The notes under the pieces were generated by a model that was given only the letters and a program-made list of their open reading frames with translations, was not told the origin of the DNA and searched no databases. This document shows positions 35,699-45,106 of a DNA stretch of 64,000 nt, piece after piece. Source of the DNA: Dehalococcoidia bacterium (GTDB taxonomy: Bacteria > Chloroflexota > Dehalococcoidia > Lucifugimonadales > QGNO01). Location of the stretch: assembly GCA_963667055.2 (NCBI GenBank), contig OY762956.1, positions 1,459,490-1,523,489 of the forward strand, given 5' to 3'. The position numbers were made by a program, and so were the translations under genes. How positions within the stretch are numbered: the stretch's first letter is position 1; each line of letters begins with the position of its first letter.

Positions 35699-36751
35699 CT
35701 ATTCTTGAGCTTGCTGACTGCTCCTGAGTCCGTTGAGGAACTTTTCCACCTCATCTACGCTTTGAAAGGAACCTTCCAACCCTAGTGCTTCCTGTCTTTC
35801 ATCATCGGAGCTTCCACTCCAGGATCTTACGCTATATGTTTGTTTACTGTTCTGGGGAAGCCAGTCCTTCAACTGCTCCAAATCCACTTTCAGGTAGCAC
35901 TTGAACCTGGTAGCGTGAGCGGTAAATACTAGCCCGCTCCCTTGCTCGTTTGGAACAGCCTCAACGATCAACACAGTCCGCTGCATACCGTTATCAAGAC
36001 GCCGAGCGTACCAGATTCTCTTATTGTATGGTCTAGCTAGGAGAATACCCTGAACACCATCTCTAACCTTACGAAACATCTCACCGATACCATTTTCGTG
36101 AGCCATAGTTTCAAGTTCCTCTAGCGTATTTCTGGAAGTCCTCTTCGATTTGGACTGCGCCTTTGCCTCAGCCTCCGTAGGTTCTATTAGGTACACTTGG
36201 GCAAGAAACTGCTTACCATCGCTATCGGTGAAATGCTGTACCGTGGCAACGTTGATAGGCACTTTAAAGTCGGACAGATAGCGTATGATCCGCTTCGTAC
36301 TGTCGTCCATAGCCTCGGCAACTATTAGAGAACGGTGGTTGTCGTTCAGAACGTCGGGTAAGGGCGTCTCAAACCTCTCCGAAAATGCCTTCTCCAATGA
36401 AGGCAAGCTCTTCTTTTTGAGGTACGGGTCGGCTATTGCCAGAAGTTCATCTTTCGAAAGGTCCTTAACCCAAGAGGCGTAATCTAGGGCTTGGGCGGTA
36501 ACCTCACGCGGAGTTTTACCTCTTTTCAACTCTAAAACCACCGTATCTCCCCATCTATCCATACATAACAGGTCTATAGTCCCATCGAAAGGTGTCCTAA
36601 CTTGCCGACCAATCACCAGCAAGTCGGGCTCCAGAACAGCAATGTCGCTTTCCAGCCAGCGTTCCAACCGCTCTTCCAAAGAGATTTCGTTGCTTGGTAT
36701 TTCCTTGGGTTCTTCGTTTGTCGTTATTTCCCATAGTTTTATCTTTTGCAC
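35699..36751 (-). CDS. NucS/DUF91-like PD-(D/E)xK nuclease-domain protein with an unassigned ~250-aa C-terminal region
   Basis: LEERLERWLESDIAVLEPDLLVIGRQVRTPFDGTID60LLCMDRWGDTVVLE74LK76RGKTPREVTAQALDYASWV. Markedly AT-richer than its neighbours (about 47% GC in sampled lines). Confidence 0.6.
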   Translation of the reverse strand: MQKIKLWEITTNEEPKEIPSNEISLEERLERWLESDIAVLEPDLLVIGRQVRTPFDGTIDLLCMDRWGDTVVLELKRGKTPREVTAQALDYASWVKDLSKDELLAIADPYLKKKSLPSLEKAFSERFETPLPDVLNDNHRSLIVAEAMDDSTKRIIRYLSDFKVPINVATVQHFTDSDGKQFLAQVYLIEPTEAEAKAQSKSKRTSRNTLEELETMAHENGIGEMFRKVRDGVQGILLARPYNKRIWYARRLDNGMQRTVLIVEAVPNEQGSGLVFTAHATRFKCYLKVDLEQLKDWLPQNSKQTYSVRSWSGSSDDERQEALGLEGSFQSVDEVEKFLNGLRSSQQAQE

Positions 36752-36825
36752 AAAGACCTCCTTTGCGCGTTTCTAGGTGGCTCTTCAAGTACGCATTGAG
36801 CTTTCAGACCTGCCCGCCCCCTCCA

Positions 36826-39759
36826 TCACCCCGCCAGCGCGCTACGCAGTATCTCGGCGACGTGCTCCGGCTCACGGCCCGTGCCGTCCATCACCTGGTG
36901 GCGGCAGGAGAACCCCGTAATGGCGATGCGCGCTTCCGGATTGGAGCGCACCGCCGGGAAAAGCCGCCTTTCTCCAATTGCCATCGACATATCGTAGTGC
37001 TCCTTCTCGTAGCCGAACGACCCCGCCATGCCGCAGCACCCTGAATCGACCACCTCCACTTCCAGGCCGGGCACGAGTTTCAGCGCCGCCACCGACGCCG
37101 CAGTGCCCACCGCCGCTTTCTGGTGGCAGTGGCCGTGGAACAGCGCCTTCTGAGGCGTGCTGCTGAACTCCAGGTCAAGCTCTCCGTCTCTCTGCAGTTT
37201 GACCAGCAACTCCTCCAGCAGGTACGAATTCTGCGCTACCGTTCTCGATTCCTCGCTGCGCAGTAGGTCCGGATACTCGTCGCGCAGGGTGAGCAGGCAG
37301 CTCGGCTCGGTGCCCACTATAGGCACGCCCTGGCTGGCAAAGGAGTATAGCCGCTCCACGTTGACGCGGGCGTTCTCCCTGGCGCGTTCCAGCATCCCCT
37401 TGGAGATCATGGGCCGTCCGCAGCAGACCTTATCCGCAAGCACGACTTCATATCCCGCCGCTTCCAGCAACTCTACGGCGGCCATGCCCACCTGCGGCTC
37501 GTTGTAATCGGTGAAGGTGTCGTGGAACAGCACAACCCGCCCTCTGACCGCGCTTCTTCCGTTCGACGCCCTCTTCTTGAACCGGCTTGGGAAGGTCGAT
37601 CTGGTCAGCGCAGGGGTCTTGCGGTCTTTGTGCAAACCCAGGAACCGGTGCATCAGCCTCCGGCTCAGCGGATTCCTGGTAGCAAAGTTGGCCAGCGGCG
37701 CAAGGGGCGCGCTCAGGGCGTTGATACCGGCGATACCGGCCATGAGCCGCGCCCGCAGGGGCATGCGGTGCTTCTTGTAGTAGGCGTTGAGGAACTCGTA
37801 CTTCAGCTTGGCCATGTCCACGTTGGATGGACATTCCCCCTTGCAGCCCTTGCACTCCAGGCACAGGTCCAGTACCTGGTGCAGACGCTTGCCGGTGAAT
37901 TCGGACGAAGGCAGCGCGCCTGATAGCACCGAACGCAGGGCGTTGCTCCGACCCCGCGTCGAGTGCTCCTCCTCGCGTGTCACCATGTACGACGGGCACA
38001 TGGTGCCGCCCAGCATCTTGCGGCACGCGCCCACTCCGTTGCACAACTCCACCGAGCGGGCGAACCCGCCGTCCGCCGAGAAGTCCAGGACGGTGTCCGG
38101 CTCCATGGCCCTGTAGGCGGGGCTGAGCCTCAGGTTCTCCGTCAATCCCGGCGTGTCCACTATCTTGCCGGGGTTCATAATGCCTTTGGGGTCGAAGGTG
38201 CGCTTCACCTCGCGGAAGGCGTCGTACAGGACGCTGCCGAACATCTTCTCCGTCCACACGCCCCGCACGATGCCGTCGCCGTGCTCTCCGCTCAGCGAGC
38301 CGCCGTACTCCAGCACCAGGTCGCTCACCGCCGTGGCTATCGAGACCAGCTTGTCCAACCCCTCGTCCGTCTTGATGTTGACCATGGGCCTGATGTGCAG
38401 GCATCCCACGCTGGCGTGGCCGTAGTACCCCGCGACCGTATCGTGGTCGCGCACCATCTCATCGAAGCGCCGCACGTACTCCGGCAGCTTTTCCGGCGGC
38501 ACGGCGGTGTCCTCCACGAACGGCAGCGGCTTGGAGTCGCCCTTGACGCTCATCAGCAGACCGAGGCCGGCCCTCCGTATCTCCCAGACGTTGGCCTGCT
38601 CCTCCGGACTCACGGCGGGCACGCAGGCATAGCCCAGCCTGCGGCGCTCCATGTCGCGCTTCAGGCCGCTTATCTTGGCCTGTAACTCCCTCTCCGACTC
38701 CCCGTAGAACTCGACCAGCAGCAGAGCGTCGGGGTCGCCCTCCACGAAGGTCATGCGACGGGAGAAGCTGGACGACTCCCTGGTGCGCTGCAGGAGCATG
38801 CGATCGACCAGTTCCACGGCGGACGGGCCGTGTTCCAGCGTGGCCAGGGTGCCTTCCATGGCCTCTATGAGGCTGCGGAAGTGCAACACGGCCACAGCCT
38901 TCATGCTGGGCAGTGGCTCCAGGTTGAGCTTGGCCTCGGTGACCGCGGCCAGCGTTCCCTCGGAGCCGACGATCATCCCGGCCATGTTCACTTCGTCCGC
39001 CGCCAGCATCGCGTCCAGGTTGTAGCCCGATACGCGGCGCATGATCTTGGGAAAGCGGCGCTCTATTTCGCCGCGCTGCTCCCCGGCGATGCGCCTGATG
39101 TCGGCGTATATCCGGCCTTCCAGTCCATCCCCGTTCAGCTTGGCTTCCAGCGCCCCGCCATTCAGCGGGCCAAACGAGGCGGGCGTCCCGTCCGACAGCG
39201 CCACGCTGACCTCTTTCACGTGGTCTGAGGTCTTGCCGTAGAGCACCGAGTGGCTGCCGCAGGAGTTGTTGCCGATGGCTCCGCCCACGGTGGCGCGGTT
39301 GCTGGTGGTGGGGTCGGGGGGGAAGTGCAGTCCGTGAGGCCGCAGGGCGTGATTGAGTTCGTCCAGGGTGATGCCGGGCTGCGCCCTGGCCCATCGCTCC
39401 TCCGCGTTGACCTCCACCACACCGTGCATGTACTTGGAGAAGTCCATGACCACGGCGTGGTTCACCGTCTGTCCGGCAAGCCCGGTGCCGCCGCCCCTGG
39501 GAAGCGCCGCCGTGCCCGACTCGTGGCATATCTCGATGACTGCCGCTACATCATCGGCGTTGCGGGGAATGACCACGCCCACGGGGTCCATCCGGTAGAT
39601 GGAAGCGTCCGTGCTGTACATGGCCTTGGAGAAAGCGTCGAACCGCACCTCGCCTTGTACGCGGCGGCGCAGTTCGGCTTCCAGAGCGCCTGTAGCAGTG
39701 GTCATGGTCTCATTCACGCCGATACTGTAGCGCACGGAATGGGGCGGGGCAACAGCCAT
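36826..39759 (-). CDS. FAD-linked oxidase fused to a 4Fe-4S/CCG-domain subunit (GlcD-GlcF-like; D-lactate/glycolate dehydrogenase family)
   Basis: N-terminal FAD-binding PCMH domain (PRGGGTGLAGQ), Cys clusters (CNGVGACRKMLGGTMCPS, CLECKGCKGECPSNV), and C-terminal CCG repeats (CCGRP.., CCGMAGSFG). The start may be ATG 39705 (MTTATGALE..). Confidence 0.8.
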   Translation of the reverse strand: MAVAPPHSVRYSIGVNETMTTATGALEAELRRRVQGEVRFDAFSKAMYSTDASIYRMDPVGVVIPRNADDVAAVIEICHESGTAALPRGGGTGLAGQTVNHAVVMDFSKYMHGVVEVNAEERWARAQPGITLDELNHALRPHGLHFPPDPTTSNRATVGGAIGNNSCGSHSVLYGKTSDHVKEVSVALSDGTPASFGPLNGGALEAKLNGDGLEGRIYADIRRIAGEQRGEIERRFPKIMRRVSGYNLDAMLAADEVNMAGMIVGSEGTLAAVTEAKLNLEPLPSMKAVAVLHFRSLIEAMEGTLATLEHGPSAVELVDRMLLQRTRESSSFSRRMTFVEGDPDALLLVEFYGESERELQAKISGLKRDMERRRLGYACVPAVSPEEQANVWEIRRAGLGLLMSVKGDSKPLPFVEDTAVPPEKLPEYVRRFDEMVRDHDTVAGYYGHASVGCLHIRPMVNIKTDEGLDKLVSIATAVSDLVLEYGGSLSGEHGDGIVRGVWTEKMFGSVLYDAFREVKRTFDPKGIMNPGKIVDTPGLTENLRLSPAYRAMEPDTVLDFSADGGFARSVELCNGVGACRKMLGGTMCPSYMVTREEEHSTRGRSNALRSVLSGALPSSEFTGKRLHQVLDLCLECKGCKGECPSNVDMAKLKYEFLNAYYKKHRMPLRARLMAGIAGINALSAPLAPLANFATRNPLSRRLMHRFLGLHKDRKTPALTRSTFPSRFKKRASNGRSAVRGRVVLFHDTFTDYNEPQVGMAAVELLEAAGYEVVLADKVCCGRPMISKGMLERARENARVNVERLYSFASQGVPIVGTEPSCLLTLRDEYPDLLRSEESRTVAQNSYLLEELLVKLQRDGELDLEFSSTPQKALFHGHCHQKAAVGTAASVAALKLVPGLEVEVVDSGCCGMAGSFGYEKEHYDMSMAIGERRLFPAVRSNPEARIAITGFSCRHQVMDGTGREPEHVAEILRSALAG

Positions 39760-39783
39760 TGTTCAACTACGTTGCCACTAACA

Positions 39784-39813
39784 TTGACAACATCTCCAAG
39801 CGGGGACTACAAT
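39784..39813 (+). promoter_or_regulatory. Candidate sigma-70-type promoter for rpsP (TTGACA-18-TACAAT)
   Basis: ttgaca at 39784-39789 and tacaat at 39808-39813, 35 nt upstream of the rpsP ATG. Confidence 0.45.
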
Positions 39814-39848
39814 CTAGTATGTCTAAAAGTACGCCTATTTAGGAAAAG

Positions 39849-40097
39849 ATGTTACGCATACGCCTACGGCGAGTCGGCGCCAAGAAGCGCCCCTCATACA
39901 GAATCGTGGTAGCCGATTCCAGGTCTCCCAGGGACGGGTCTTTCGTGGACCAGGTGGGTCACTACGACCCCATGACCGATCCTCCCACCATCGTGCTCAA
40001 CGATGAGAAGGTCCGGGAATGGATGCGCAAAGGCGCGCAGCCTTCCGATCCGGTAGTCCAGATTCTTCGCGGCAGAGAGACCGCCGCGGAGGAGTAA
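39849..40097 (+). CDS. rpsP: 30S ribosomal protein S16
   Basis: [41 protein letters not shown]. Confidence 0.95.
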   Translation: MLRIRLRRVGAKKRPSYRIVVADSRSPRDGSFVDQVGHYDPMTDPPTIVLNDEKVREWMRKGAQPSDPVVQILRGRETAAEE

Positions 40098-40103
40098 TCA
40101 CAC

Positions 40104-40331
40104 ATGCGGGAACTGGTCGAATACATCGCCAAGTCCATAGCCAGCAAGCCCGAGGAAGTCAAGGTCACCGAGACCGAGGAAGACGGGCGCATCATCTTCC
40201 ACCTGGAAGTAGCGGCGGAGGATAAGGGCAAGGTCATTGGCCGCGAGGGCCGGGTGGCCCAGGCCATAAGAGTCCTGCTCAGGGTGGCCGCGGTCAAAGA
40301 AGGCGTCCGCGCCAGCTTGGAAATCGTCTAG
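40104..40331 (+). CDS. KH-domain RNA-binding protein (UPF0109 family)
   Basis: MRELVEYIAKSIASKPEEVKVTE....DKGKVIGREGRVAQAIRVLL. It occupies the canonical position between rpsP and rimM. Confidence 0.88.
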   Translation: MRELVEYIAKSIASKPEEVKVTETEEDGRIIFHLEVAAEDKGKVIGREGRVAQAIRVLLRVAAVKEGVRASLEIV

Positions 40332-40336
40332 CAGGC

Positions 40337-40855
40337 ATGGACTCACCTTCCCGCCGCGACGGCGGAGAAGACTCCCTCATTCTGATAGGCCGCATCAGGT
40401 CGCCTGCCGGATTGCGCGGTGAACTGCACGTAGAACTCCTCTCCGACGTGCCGGGAAGGTTCGACGCGGGGAAAGAGGTGCTGATTGGAGGAGCGCCGCA
40501 CTCCATACAGCGCGCCCGCAGTACCAACAAAGGACTGCTGGTCAAGTTCAGAGGCATCGACTCCCGGCAGGCCGCGGAAGGGCTTCGAGATGAGCCTGTC
40601 TTCATCGGCGAGGAGCACGCCCACCCGCCTCCGCCCGGCTCGTACTACCACTACCAGCTTCTGGACATGCGCGTCGTCACCGCCGGCGGCGACGAGCTTG
40701 GCATGATAACGGACATCCTGCAAACCGGCGCCAACGACGTCTACGTAGTGAAGGGCGCCGACAAGGAGACCCTGGTGCCGGCGCTGGCCGACGTGGTCAA
40801 ATCGGTGGACACGGAGCAAGGGGTGATGGTCGTAGACCTGCCCGACGGTTTGTAG
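40337..40855 (+). CDS. rimM: 16S rRNA processing protein RimM
   Basis: LIGRIRSPAGLRGELHVELLSDVPGRF, and a C-terminal PRC barrel (YYHYQLLDMRVVT..GDELGMITDILQTGANDVYVV). Confidence 0.88.
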   Translation: MDSPSRRDGGEDSLILIGRIRSPAGLRGELHVELLSDVPGRFDAGKEVLIGGAPHSIQRARSTNKGLLVKFRGIDSRQAAEGLRDEPVFIGEEHAHPPPPGSYYHYQLLDMRVVTAGGDELGMITDILQTGANDVYVVKGADKETLVPALADVVKSVDTEQGVMVVDLPDGL

Positions 40856-40946
40856 GCGGCTGACCGACTCTGCTCTGTGGCGGCGAGGACAGCCAAAGGC
40901 GCGACGTCGAGCGGGCCAAGAGAATGGCGACGGAATGGAGGGGCTA

Positions 40947-41279
40947 ATGTCGGAGGAATATCGAAAGTTTGATCCGGCGGACTACGTTAAGAGCGAAGAG
41001 GATGTCCGAGGGCTCCTCAGGGCGGCTGTGGATGAGGACCACGGAGACGGAGCCGTGCTTCGAGCCGTATTGAAGCACGTCGCCCGGATGCAGAACATGA
41101 GCGCCCTCGCCAGAGACACTGGGCTAAACCGAGGCAACCTATACGAAGCGTTGTCTGAAGACGGCAACCCCACCCTGGAAACGCTGCTGAAGGTCACCAG
41201 CGCCTTGGGGCTGAGGCTGCGCCTTGAGTCGGTGGAGGACGGCGCAAGGGATCCGCTGCCGGCAGGCCGCAACCCTTAG
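40947..41279 (+). CDS. HTH 'addiction module antidote' protein (HigA-related, TIGR02684-like), no adjacent toxin
   Basis: FDPADYVKSEEDVRGLLRAAVDE.D......VLKHVARMQNMSALARDTGLNRGNLYEALSEDGNPTLETLLKVTSALGLRL. Confidence 0.65.
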   Translation: MSEEYRKFDPADYVKSEEDVRGLLRAAVDEDHGDGAVLRAVLKHVARMQNMSALARDTGLNRGNLYEALSEDGNPTLETLLKVTSALGLRLRLESVEDGARDPLPAGRNP

Positions 41280-41659
41280 CCCTGGGCCAGCCGCTCAGCG
41301 TCCAGTATGAAGTCCGAGGTCTCGTGGATGAGGCGTTCAGTCACCACCGGCTGGCAGTAGTCGTGGTAAAAGCACTCGCCGTGCAGCACGTCCTGACGCT
41401 CCAGGTAGCTGCGCCGCAGTTCCCGCAGCGATGGGTCGCTCTCGGATATGGCTTTCAGCCTGCGACTGGCGGCGGGGGACGTTGCGGGCTCCTCGCTGGT
41501 GCGGATAAGCACAAGGGCCTCCGTGGCGCGGACGGTGGCGCACCACGCCTTCTCCGCCGCGTCTCGGATGTCGCCGGCGGCCATCTGCGACAAGGCGGCG
41601 TCCCGCATAATGCGGGCGTCAGCAAAGATGCGTTCGGCGTTGGCTTCAACAGTGGTCAT
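41276..41659 (-). CDS. Small all-helical protein, PaREP1/HEPN-like
   Basis: The real start is ATG 41659 (MTTVEANAERIF..), preceded by GGAGAA. Sequence AAEKAWCATVRATEALV......LHGECFYHD. The stop codon overlaps the stop of the convergent antidote gene (cTTAGc). Family call is tentative. Confidence 0.4.
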   Translation of the reverse strand: MTTVEANAERIFADARIMRDAALSQMAAGDIRDAAEKAWCATVRATEALVLIRTSEEPATSPAASRRLKAISESDPSLRELRRSYLERQDVLHGECFYHDYCQPVVTERLIHETSDFILDAERLAQG

Positions 41660-41691
41660 TAGATTCTCCTGGGGATATTCTACCACACCCC

Positions 41692-42696
41692 CTACACCTC
41701 GACCGTGTCGAACAGCCAGGGATGCAGCAGCTTGAGCAGACCGGCGGCGGCAATCTTGACCGTCTGTCCGGAAGAGTCCCAATCGGGAGACACCTCGCTG
41801 AGGTCGATTGCCCCCATAGCCTTGTAGCTGCTCAACATCTCCATGGCCTCGAAGAACTCCGGCACGGTGATGCCGCCGAACTCAGGCGCGCCCGTCCCCG
41901 GCGATTCGTGCGCGTCTATCACGTCGATGTCGATGCTCACGTACACCGCGTCGACACCGTCCGCCGCCACGTCCATCGCTTCCTGCATAACCTCGACTAT
42001 TCCTCGTTCGCGGACGTTCTTAGCCGTGAGCATGGTCAGGGAATGCGCCCTCTTTAGTTGCTCCTGGTCTATGGTTATCCCGGAATTGATGCCGACCCAG
42101 CTCAGGTTCTTGTACGAGATTATGGGGTTCTCGCTTACGCGACGCACCATCGTCCCGTGGTGGTACTTGCCTCCCAGCGAGTTGCTGTCCTGAAAATCGG
42201 AGTGCGCGTCGATATGGACGTAGCCAAGGCGCGCTCCTTCCTTTCTCTCGGCGATGCCTTTGGCGAATCCCTCGAAGGATGGATAAGCGACATAGTGGTC
42301 GCCTCCCATCACCACCGAAAAGCCGCCGCGCTTCACGACCTCGTACACCCCCTCCTTGACCGACTCCGTCGTCTTCATCAGGTCGTTGGGGTAGATGTTG
42401 AAGTCGCCGATGTCCGCTATCTTGGGCGCGTTCTTGAGGCGCGTCCCAACCCCGCTGTCCACGTCCACGCGCGTGTTTTCCGGGTAAACGTCGTAGCCCG
42501 CTCTGTTGTGCAGCGATGCCTCTCGAATGGCCCTGGGGCCGAACCGCGCTCCGGGCCTTCCCGAGTAGATCCCGTTGTCTATGGGCACCCCCGATACCAC
42601 GGCAGCGCCCTCGACGATTTCGTCGAACTCGATTTGGGACGCTCGAAAGAAGGAGACGGGCCCCCCGTAATATGGCATGGCTTCTCTCTTGTACAT
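41692..42696 (-). CDS. Agmatinase/ureohydrolase (arginase) family protein
   Basis: Mn-binding motifs GGDHYVAYP, HIDAHSDF, SIDIDVID, PGTGAPEFGG. Confidence 0.85.
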   Translation of the reverse strand: MYKREAMPYYGGPVSFFRASQIEFDEIVEGAAVVSGVPIDNGIYSGRPGARFGPRAIREASLHNRAGYDVYPENTRVDVDSGVGTRLKNAPKIADIGDFNIYPNDLMKTTESVKEGVYEVVKRGGFSVVMGGDHYVAYPSFEGFAKGIAERKEGARLGYVHIDAHSDFQDSNSLGGKYHHGTMVRRVSENPIISYKNLSWVGINSGITIDQEQLKRAHSLTMLTAKNVRERGIVEVMQEAMDVAADGVDAVYVSIDIDVIDAHESPGTGAPEFGGITVPEFFEAMEMLSSYKAMGAIDLSEVSPDWDSSGQTVKIAAAGLLKLLHPWLFDTVEV

Positions 42697-42788
42697 AAGG
42701 TCGTCTCCTTCCTAACCTCTATAGCTTCGAATCCGACATTAGCGCCGTGAACCTGCAGGGTCAACGGCCTGAAACCGCCGGCGCTTCC

Positions 42789-43589
42789 CTATGCGGAATT
42801 ACCCTTGAAAATAGCCACCACCTCGTCGTGCACTAGGCCGTTACTGGATATGCCGCTGCCCCCGTGAATCGTGGCGTTCCCGTCCAGGTCGGTGAAGCGT
42901 CCGCCTGCCTCTTCCATTATCGGTTTGAGGGGAGCGTTGTCCCAGGGACTCACCACAGGGTCTATCATGATCTCGATGCGGCCCGTGGCGACCAGGTAGT
43001 GGCCGTAGCAGTCGGGGTAGCCGCGAGTGAGTCCCGCCGCTGCCGACAGCTTCCGATAGGCGGCTTCCTTCCCAATCCTCTCGAACCCGATGGCCGAGTT
43101 TGAGCAGAGATACGCCTCCGATAGCCGCGACACCTTCGATACGCGCGCCTTCCTCGGCTGGCTCGGCGGCAGGTCGTCGCTCCACCACGCGCCGAGGCCC
43201 TTGCCGGCGAAGACCATCTCCTTCATGGCGGGAAAGACGATCACGCCGGCCACGGCTTCGCCCCCGGCTTCCAGGCCAACCATGGTCCCGAACAGCGGAA
43301 TCCCGCGAATGAACGACTGCGTGCCGTCGATGGGGTCCAGGTACCATCTGTATTCGCTGGAACCGTCCTGCGCCCCGAACTCCTCGCCAAGGATCCCGTC
43401 ATCCGGGAACTCCCCGGCGATGCGCTCGCGCAGCATCTCTTCCGCCTCTTTGTCTGCCCTGGTCACCGGCGACTCATCCTGCTTGGCTTCTACGGCCAGG
43501 CTTGGAGAGCGGAAGTAGCGCATAGTCACCCCGGCGGCCTCTATGGCCGCCCTCACCGCAAAGTCCAACCTCTCGCTCAGTTCAGACAT
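42789..43589 (-). CDS. Inositol monophosphatase family protein (possibly histidinol-phosphatase HisN-type)
   Basis: ILGEE, WYLDPIDGTQSFIRGIPLFG, and PWDNAPLKPIMEEAGG. Confidence 0.8.
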   Translation of the reverse strand: MSELSERLDFAVRAAIEAAGVTMRYFRSPSLAVEAKQDESPVTRADKEAEEMLRERIAGEFPDDGILGEEFGAQDGSSEYRWYLDPIDGTQSFIRGIPLFGTMVGLEAGGEAVAGVIVFPAMKEMVFAGKGLGAWWSDDLPPSQPRKARVSKVSRLSEAYLCSNSAIGFERIGKEAAYRKLSAAAGLTRGYPDCYGHYLVATGRIEIMIDPVVSPWDNAPLKPIMEEAGGRFTDLDGNATIHGGSGISSNGLVHDEVVAIFKGNSA

Positions 43590-43597
43590 GGCCGACG

Positions 43598-45073
43598 CTA
43601 CCCCAAAAACCGGCGAAGATGGGCAGCCTCCTCAACGAAGTGCGACACGCGCATGCTGGTCCTGCTATCGGCGATGCTGGCCGTGATGGCGGTGGTCATC
43701 CCCTGGTGGACGCGGTCTATCTCGTCGGTGAACTGCCCAACAAGGCGCAGGTACGATTCGCCCAGCAGCTCCTTCACGAGTCGCTCGTTTGCAAAGCGCA
43801 GCGAGGCGCGCAGGTCGCTGTCCAGACTGGGGTAGACTTCGCGAACAAAGGCCAGGTCGGCCTCATCAAGGGCCGCCAGTCCCAGCAGCTCCGGCGGCAC
43901 TCCTAGGGAGTAGAGCGAAGCCGTGAACCTGATGGCGCGGGGAAGCGTCACGCCCTCGACGCCCTCCATGGAGCGGCCGTAGCCAAAGAGGCCGACGTGC
44001 ATCCTGCGGTCGCGCCGCCTGGGAATGTGGTTCGAAACCGTGCTTATGGGGCGGAGCAGCTTCTGCACCTGTTCCTGATACCCGGCGGTGGCCTTCTCTA
44101 TCACCTTGATGGCGCGCTCCTCGTCGATCGGCGCCGGCTCGCTCCTCTCGTGGACGCTGATCTGCCGGATGCCCTCGCGGACGGTGTCCTCATCGTAGTC
44201 GTACTTGAAAGCGGACTGCGCGGTGAAGGTATGAGCGCTGGGATATTCGGCAAGAGCGCGAGGTATGTTCACGGGGGTCAGGTGTCCCCGGAACGGCACG
44301 GAGCCCGCGCCTATGATGGGATACAGCGGCACTCCCAGCCTGGCTTCCAACTCGTGGAGGCGGCGCAGTCCCACCTTCAGCGCCAGTTCGGCGGCCACCA
44401 CGCCGTAGTTGAGCGCCGGGTCGCTCCGCGCCAGGAACACCCGCTGGTACGGCAGGTCTCTACCCTCCAGGTACTCCTCCACTATCTGGTCGCAGTAGAG
44501 CAGGTGCTCCTTGTCCTCTATCAATGGGATCATCCGGATCTGCTTCGGGAAGAACTCGCCCACCCAGTCCTTGACGACCTGCCCGTTGAGCAGCATCTCG
44601 TCTTCCTGGCCCACTATCGCCTTCCGATAGTACGCCTCCACCAGGGCGATCTCTTCTGCGGAGGTGGTGAAGGGGAGTATCACCTCCTGGATGGGAGCGG
44701 CGGCGTCTTCACCGTAGAAGCTGGCGGCCATGTCCCAGGCCGCGGGCACGCTCTGCAGAGCCTCCACCATCGACTTGCGCAAGTCCCGTTCGATGCTCGG
44801 GTTGGGCACTCGCAGCGTCAGCGCCACGTTGCGACCAAGCTGTAGGCCGCCCCGGAACAGGTCGGAGTAATTGGTAAGGAGCTTCCGCACCACCTGGTTG
44901 TCGGTCTCCTTTCCTTCGGAGTCCCACATCTGCTCGTCGCAGCCCAGGCCGAACGCGGCGACGGCCTCCTCGACCTCGCCGTCTCCCTTCAGCACTCCGG
45001 CTTCGTCGGCAAAGGGGGCCGGCGTCGCATTATCCGGATGCTGGGTGCTCATCACCTTTGGTATCAATGACAC
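43598..45073 (-). CDS. ppcA: Archaeal-type phosphoenolpyruvate carboxylase
   Basis: The N-terminal signature IPKVMSTQHPDNA is diagnostic of the PpcA family. The GTG at 45073 (MSLIPKVMSTQ..) has GGAGG 6 nt upstream. The ORF-track start at 45115 would overlap tRNA-Thr and is rejected. Confidence 0.8.
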   Translation of the reverse strand: MSLIPKVMSTQHPDNATPAPFADEAGVLKGDGEVEEAVAAFGLGCDEQMWDSEGKETDNQVVRKLLTNYSDLFRGGLQLGRNVALTLRVPNPSIERDLRKSMVEALQSVPAAWDMAASFYGEDAAAPIQEVILPFTTSAEEIALVEAYYRKAIVGQEDEMLLNGQVVKDWVGEFFPKQIRMIPLIEDKEHLLYCDQIVEEYLEGRDLPYQRVFLARSDPALNYGVVAAELALKVGLRRLHELEARLGVPLYPIIGAGSVPFRGHLTPVNIPRALAEYPSAHTFTAQSAFKYDYDEDTVREGIRQISVHERSEPAPIDEERAIKVIEKATAGYQEQVQKLLRPISTVSNHIPRRRDRRMHVGLFGYGRSMEGVEGVTLPRAIRFTASLYSLGVPPELLGLAALDEADLAFVREVYPSLDSDLRASLRFANERLVKELLGESYLRLVGQFTDEIDRVHQGMTTAITASIADSRTSMRVSHFVEEAAHLRRFLG

Positions 45074-45106
45074 GGCGCGCCTCCAATAAGGGTTTCCCGC
45101 ATGATA

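Noticed and set aside
37448-39529. Alternative-frame ORFs of 318-356 aa inside the FAD/Fe-S oxidase gene.
   Set aside because: They are same-strand or opposite-strand shadows of a gene with clear FAD-binding and Cys-cluster motifs. The translations are Arg/Gly/Pro-rich.
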